Shown piece by piece: positions 60,165 to 64,000 of a stretch of DNA of 64,000 nt. A program made the position numbers and the translations under genes. Source of the stretch: Candidatus Poribacteria bacterium (lineage in GTDB: Bacteria > Poribacteria > WGA-4E > WGA-3G). A model generated the notes under the pieces. The model was not told the DNA's origin. It was given only the letters and a program-made list of their open reading frames with translations, and ran no database searches. The stretch covers positions 768,001 to 832,000 of the forward strand of contig OZ240248.1 in NCBI GenBank assembly GCA_965198235.1. Direction: 5' to 3'. Position 1 is the stretch's first letter. Every line of letters starts with the position of its first letter.

Positions 60165-61232
60165 TTACTCCGGTTTCATGGATTCGCCGTGTAACAAAAA
60201 CGCACGGATGTCGTAACGCCCTGGGCGTTCAATAGGCAAATCTTTGCTTTCAATCATCAAATCCAGCGGATTGGCATGCGTCCGCAGCGGTAATTGGACG
60301 ACTTCGTGCATACGTGCGGATTCATAGATTGCCATTATAATTTCAACAGCAGCACGCCCATGTTTTGCCTCACCACGGTGTTCAGGACCGCCCTCGATCC
60401 ATTCAACCAGTTCGGTTGCTTGTGCGACGTGCTGGTCTCTTCCATCAGAGGGACGTTCTTCCCAGTCAGCAGCTTTATTGTTGAGGAGACGGACGCGTCC
60501 CTCCATTACATCTGCGATACCATCTGTCCCATAGACGATGCCACCTTGATAGTTCGGCCTACCAATTTCCTGCAAGAGCATACCGATGCAACCGTTTGAA
60601 AAACCGATAATTCCAGCACTCCGATCCTCAATCTGAATATCTCGCTCGTAACGTTCCGTTTTTCGTTCAACGTTACCGATAACCCATTGCGGATCCGGGT
60701 CGCCGATGACATAGCGCATCATATCAAAGAGGTGTGAGCAGTCATTCAGTAACCCTTGACCACCGTGACAAACAATCTGTCGAGGTTCACCGATTGCCCC
60801 CTCAGCGATGAGGTTGCGGGCATCTGTCCATGCGGAATTGAAGCGGCGTTGATGCCCGATGACCACCTTGACACTACTTCGATTCGCAGCGATCAATATT
60901 TCGTCGCATTCCCCGAGACTTACACCCATCGGTTTTTCACAGAGTACTGCCATTGGACTTCGTGCACACGCTGCGATTGCCATTGGTGCATGGAGCTTAT
61001 GCCACGTCGCGATACTGACAATATCAAGGTTTTCGTTGTCCAGCATCTCGCGCGCATCCAAATAACAGTTTTCAGCGGCTACGCCGTAGGTGTCTGCAAA
61101 CTTATCAAGAGCTACTTGAACTGGATCGGCAAGTGCGACAATCTCTGTTTGCTCAACACCTTGATAGCCGCGGGCATGAGCATTGGCGATACCACCACAT
61201 CCGATAATTCCAACGCGATATTTAGATGCCAT
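60165..61232 (-). CDS. Gfo/Idh/MocA family oxidoreductase
   Basis: Motifs VGIIGCGGIA, LDIVSIAT..LH, LCEKPM, GHQRRF and AIYESAR. Confidence 0.93.
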   Translation of the reverse strand: MASKYRVGIIGCGGIANAHARGYQGVEQTEIVALADPVQVALDKFADTYGVAAENCYLDAREMLDNENLDIVSIATWHKLHAPMAIAACARSPMAVLCEKPMGVSLGECDEILIAANRSSVKVVIGHQRRFNSAWTDARNLIAEGAIGEPRQIVCHGGQGLLNDCSHLFDMMRYVIGDPDPQWVIGNVERKTERYERDIQIEDRSAGIIGFSNGCIGMLLQEIGRPNYQGGIVYGTDGIADVMEGRVRLLNNKAADWEERPSDGRDQHVAQATELVEWIEGGPEHRGEAKHGRAAVEIIMAIYESARMHEVVQLPLRTHANPLDLMIESKDLPIERPGRYDIRAFLLHGESMKPE

Positions 61233-61356
61233 ATTCATATTTCCTGTATTCTGCCCCTACACAGATTTCACCCCTACGGGGTTCAAAAAGGAATTGCTTG
61301 AAATTGACCGGAAACCCGTGTGGAACGTAGTGGAACACGGCGCGAAGGCCGATCGT

Positions 61357-62478
61357 TTAAAAATCTTCACCGAAATGCGAAGATACAAGAACTAAATCAA
61401 GGACACTTACTGTCCCATCACCGTTTACATCCCCTTTAAGGGCTTCTCCAGACTGACCGAATTCGCTCGCGACCAAAACTAAGTCTTGAATATTCACGGT
61501 CCCATCCGCATTGACATCCCAAGGTGTTGGGGGTGGAGGCGGCGTTTCTGGTGTCGGGGGTGGCGGCACTTCTATAGTCGTTGTGGTTGTGACTTCAGCA
61601 GTCATTGTGTCATCTGTCTTGGAAGTTGCTGTCACATTGATGTCGTAATCACCGGACGCTGTCAATAAGTCCCCCGCAACCGTCAATGTTACTTCTGCAT
61701 CTGCACCGGCTTCAAGTTCAACTGATCTGTCGCTGAGCGTGCCAAGCACACTGCCTTCAATGCCGACCTCTGCCGAGGCTTCAAGCGTTATCGTGTCCAT
61801 CATATTACCGGTATTCGTGACTTTGAGGGTATAACTCACACCTTCAACGGCATTCATTGTAGAGAGTGCTGTGTCCCCTACAATTTCCAAGGATACACCG
61901 ACAACCGTGGGGATCGGCGGTACTGATTCCGCCTGTGCTGTGTAGATATAGTCCCCTGTGGGCCCACCATCACCATTGGCGGCGTTTCCGGCAGTGTAGA
62001 ACGTAATGGGTCCTATATCAGCATCAGGGGCAGTCCATTTAAGGGTCCACTGGTTCTCATCATCTGTTCCTTGCGCGCTTCCCGCAGCAGTGTGCATAAT
62101 ATATTGCTTACTGTTCTTGTCCTTCAACTGCGTATTTGCCACATCTGCGGCTTCAAAGGAGCCAGCGCGTGCACCATTGGCATCCAGTGCAGTCATTTCA
62201 AATCCCCAACGGCTTTGCCCGGCACGTGCAAGACTGACAACAATCTCATAAACCTGACTCGACTCATAGGTTTCAGGGATTGCCAGCATCAATGAACCAT
62301 CTGTAACATTGAGTTCATTGGCGGCATGACAACCTACATCTGCACACGTGCCTTCATTGGGGGCTCCTGTCTTCTCCTCCGGCGGTCCGAAAGAGAAGGC
62401 GAATACACTACCAGTGCTCGCAGCAAAGAGAAGGACAAGCAACGCACAAACAGATAAGATATTTTTTAGATAACTCAA
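61357..62478 (-). CDS. Secreted reeler/choice-of-anchor-V-like domain, Ig-like domain and dockerin type I
   Basis: TTG start after GGGAGA and a signal peptide. Motifs TGAPNEGTCADVGCH, GFEMTA, WTAP and GNAANGDG..TGD. Dockerin motifs DVNADGTVNIQDL and DVNGDGTVSVLDL. Confidence 0.82.
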   Translation of the reverse strand: MSYLKNILSVCALLVLLFAASTGSVFAFSFGPPEEKTGAPNEGTCADVGCHAANELNVTDGSLMLAIPETYESSQVYEIVVSLARAGQSRWGFEMTALDANGARAGSFEAADVANTQLKDKNSKQYIMHTAAGSAQGTDDENQWTLKWTAPDADIGPITFYTAGNAANGDGGPTGDYIYTAQAESVPPIPTVVGVSLEIVGDTALSTMNAVEGVSYTLKVTNTGNMMDTITLEASAEVGIEGSVLGTLSDRSVELEAGADAEVTLTVAGDLLTASGDYDINVTATSKTDDTMTAEVTTTTTIEVPPPPTPETPPPPPTPWDVNADGTVNIQDLVLVASEFGQSGEALKGDVNGDGTVSVLDLVLVSSHFGEDF

Positions 62479-62514
62479 AAAACTTCTCCCTTGTGTACAC
62501 ATTAAATGTACACA

Positions 62515-62590
62515 TAAAAAAACACCCCAACGCCGACTGCTAATCGGCGTTGATTCGCGGTTAGCGCAACCGGCAAATTGGGGCGTTTTA
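62515..62590 (-). terminator. GC-rich hairpin plus U-run (terminator or attenuator) upstream of the reeler/dockerin gene
   Basis: The minus strand reads CAACGCCGA-TTAGCAG-TCGGCGTTG GGGTG TTTTTTT. Confidence 0.55.
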
Positions 62591-62597
62591 TTTTTCA

Positions 62598-62754
62598 ATT
62601 TTTTAACTATGTGCCTCTGAGCTACCCTCCATTACATTTCGGGCAGATTTCCGGTGCAATTCACACGGGCGGGTCCGCTGAAACCCTTTCGTACTTAACC
62701 AGAAACCATCGTGAAACGAAGTGGAACGATGCTCAGACTCTAATCGTTAAAAAA
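62598..62754 (+). repeat. Complete palindromic element
   Basis: TTTTTAACTATGTGCCTCTGAGC...GCTCAGACTCTAATCGTTAAAAAA, with imperfect terminal inverted arms. Confidence 0.8.
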
Positions 62755-62766
62755 CCGCTGCTATAC

Positions 62767-64000
62767 CTACTTGAGGATAACCATCCGTCGGGTAGCAGCA
62801 AAATCTGATGTCTGTAGCGTATAGAAGTAAATACCACTCGCTACACGCTCTCCTACTGCGTTCTTACCATCCCAATACGCAGCACTCGACGGCGTCATAT
62901 ACGAGCCTACAGGCTGCCAACCCAAATCCAGCGAACGAACCAAATGACCCGACACATCATAAATATCGATCTTCACTTCTGTCGTTTTGCTCAACTGATA
63001 CGGAATCCATGTTTCTGGATTGAACGGATTCGGGAAGTTCTGCGCCAAAAGCGTGTCTTGCGGCTGCACATCTCCAACATTCAGTTGCAGACTCAGGAAC
63101 GCATTGCGAATGTCAGATGTCGTAACCGTGCGTTGGAACGGACCTGAGACGATTCTACCATGGTCGTCGTGAAGTGCGACTTTGAGTCTATCGCCTGCCT
63201 CAACGACGCTCTTGCGGTTCAGATCTGCCCAGACAGCAGACGAACGTTTCACTGCGCTTGTGAGATTCTCCGTGGCGATAATGCCAGTGCGGAGGTTTTC
63301 TGCGACGAGAGTATATGCGGTTCCTGTTTCCATACCATGGATGTCACTGGTAACGATGAACGCCCATGCGCTGTCATAGGTTGAGAGCGCGGGTGCGGCG
63401 GGCGCAACCTCTTCAGCAGCTGGTTCCTCAGCAACTTCTTCCTCTGCGACTTCTTCTTCAGCAACTGGTTCCTCAGCAACTTCTTCCTCTGCGACTTCTT
63501 CTTCGGCAGCTGGTTCCTCAGCAACTTCTTCCTCTGCGACTTCTTCTTCAGCAGCTGGTTCCTCAGCAACTTCTTCCTCTGCCGGAACCTCTTCTTCAGC
63601 AACTGGTTCTTCAGCAGGGGCTTCTTCAGGTTCAGGCTGGTTGTCCCACGCATCACCTGTGAACTTTACCTTGCCTCCAGCAGGAGTATTCACGATATAA
63701 CCCATGCCACCGTCAATACCAAAGCCATCACCTTCATCTGCTACCGTATAACCCATGAAACTCTGGGTCGTCGCATCAAGTTGGATCACAACCGTTGCAC
63801 CCAGCATTTCTGCCAACGATTTCGCTGTGTAGGGTTCTTCCGGCATCAGCGGAATAGAAATCATGTTCAAACCCGTTTCGAGCATTACATCAAAACCAGG
63901 ACCTTCCACGACGGGTTCCGGCATCGGTTCATCCACGGTTGGTTCCGCAGGAGCATCAACTGGCGTGATCATCAGCATTGCAGTCGGCTCATCCCACGCA
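62767..64000 (-). CDS. C-terminal part of a large secreted protein with an FlgD/T9SS-type-A-like sorting domain (5' end outside the window)
   Basis: TLLAQNFPNPFNPETWIPYQL...IYDVSGHLVRSL...YWDGKN..GE.VASGIYFY...TRRMVILK, and GLNMISIPL. Confidence 0.88.
   Translation of the reverse strand, partial: AWDEPTAMLMITPVDAPAEPTVDEPMPEPVVEGPGFDVMLETGLNMISIPLMPEEPYTAKSLAEMLGATVVIQLDATTQSFMGYTVADEGDGFGIDGGMGYIVNTPAGGKVKFTGDAWDNQPEPEEAPAEEPVAEEEVPAEEEVAEEPAAEEEVAEEEVAEEPAAEEEVAEEEVAEEPVAEEEVAEEEVAEEPAAEEVAPAAPALSTYDSAWAFIVTSDIHGMETGTAYTLVAENLRTGIIATENLTSAVKRSSAVWADLNRKSVVEAGDRLKVALHDDHGRIVSGPFQRTVTTSDIRNAFLSLQLNVGDVQPQDTLLAQNFPNPFNPETWIPYQLSKTTEVKIDIYDVSGHLVRSLDLGWQPVGSYMTPSSAAYWDGKNAVGERVASGIYFYTLQTSDFAATRRMVILK
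63411..63615. repeat. 45-bp coding tandem repeat (~4.5 units) encoding an acidic EEVAEEEVAEEPAAE linker
   Basis: Unit CTTCAGCAGCTGGTTCCTCAGCAACTTCTTCCTCTGCGACTTCTT starts at 63411, 63456, 63501 and 63546. Confidence 0.9.

Noticed and set aside
63411-63615. CRISPR array
   Set aside because: The repeats are contiguous with no unique spacers, lie in frame within a CDS, and no cas genes are present.

Overview
Gene-dense bacterial window of roughly 50% GC (by eye). Several traits suggest a sponge-associated Candidatus Poribacteria genome (inference): C-terminal KLxxTWxxLK tails, a LamG protein, an FlgD/T9SS-like 'QNFPNPFNPETWIPYQL' tail, a dockerin, C-type lectins, PhyH, DUF6785-type transporters and characteristic intergenic palindromes. 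It carries housekeeping genes (aroC, pyrD, a pyrB fused to a PyrI-type Zn knuckle, a galU-like gene and a ROK kinase), a sugar-acid/glycan catabolic block, a tandem array of secreted C-type-lectin proteins and ABC transporters. There are two defence spots: a PARIS-like ATPase plus DUF4435 pair, and a type IIG R-M gene beside an internally deleted Avs-like gene. The best candidate for an undescribed system is the operon at 32.9-45.4 kb. It encodes a ~2,440-aa fusion (signal, LysM x2, DxDxDG repeats, atypical M28-like domain, coiled coil, MacB/FtsX permease), a 62-aa membrane protein, an OPT-like transporter, an internally duplicated unknown protein, a stand-alone PqqD/RRE and a LolD/MacB-type ATPase, with a divergent XRE regulator. 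The window also shows a modular palindromic repeat family whose arms abut start codons, several apparent clean deletions, and a frameshift-dense stretch (24.6-31.7 kb) that is probably sequencing error. No rRNA, tRNA, CRISPR array, transposase, integrase or reverse transcriptase was recognised. All family calls come from motif recognition by eye, not database searches.
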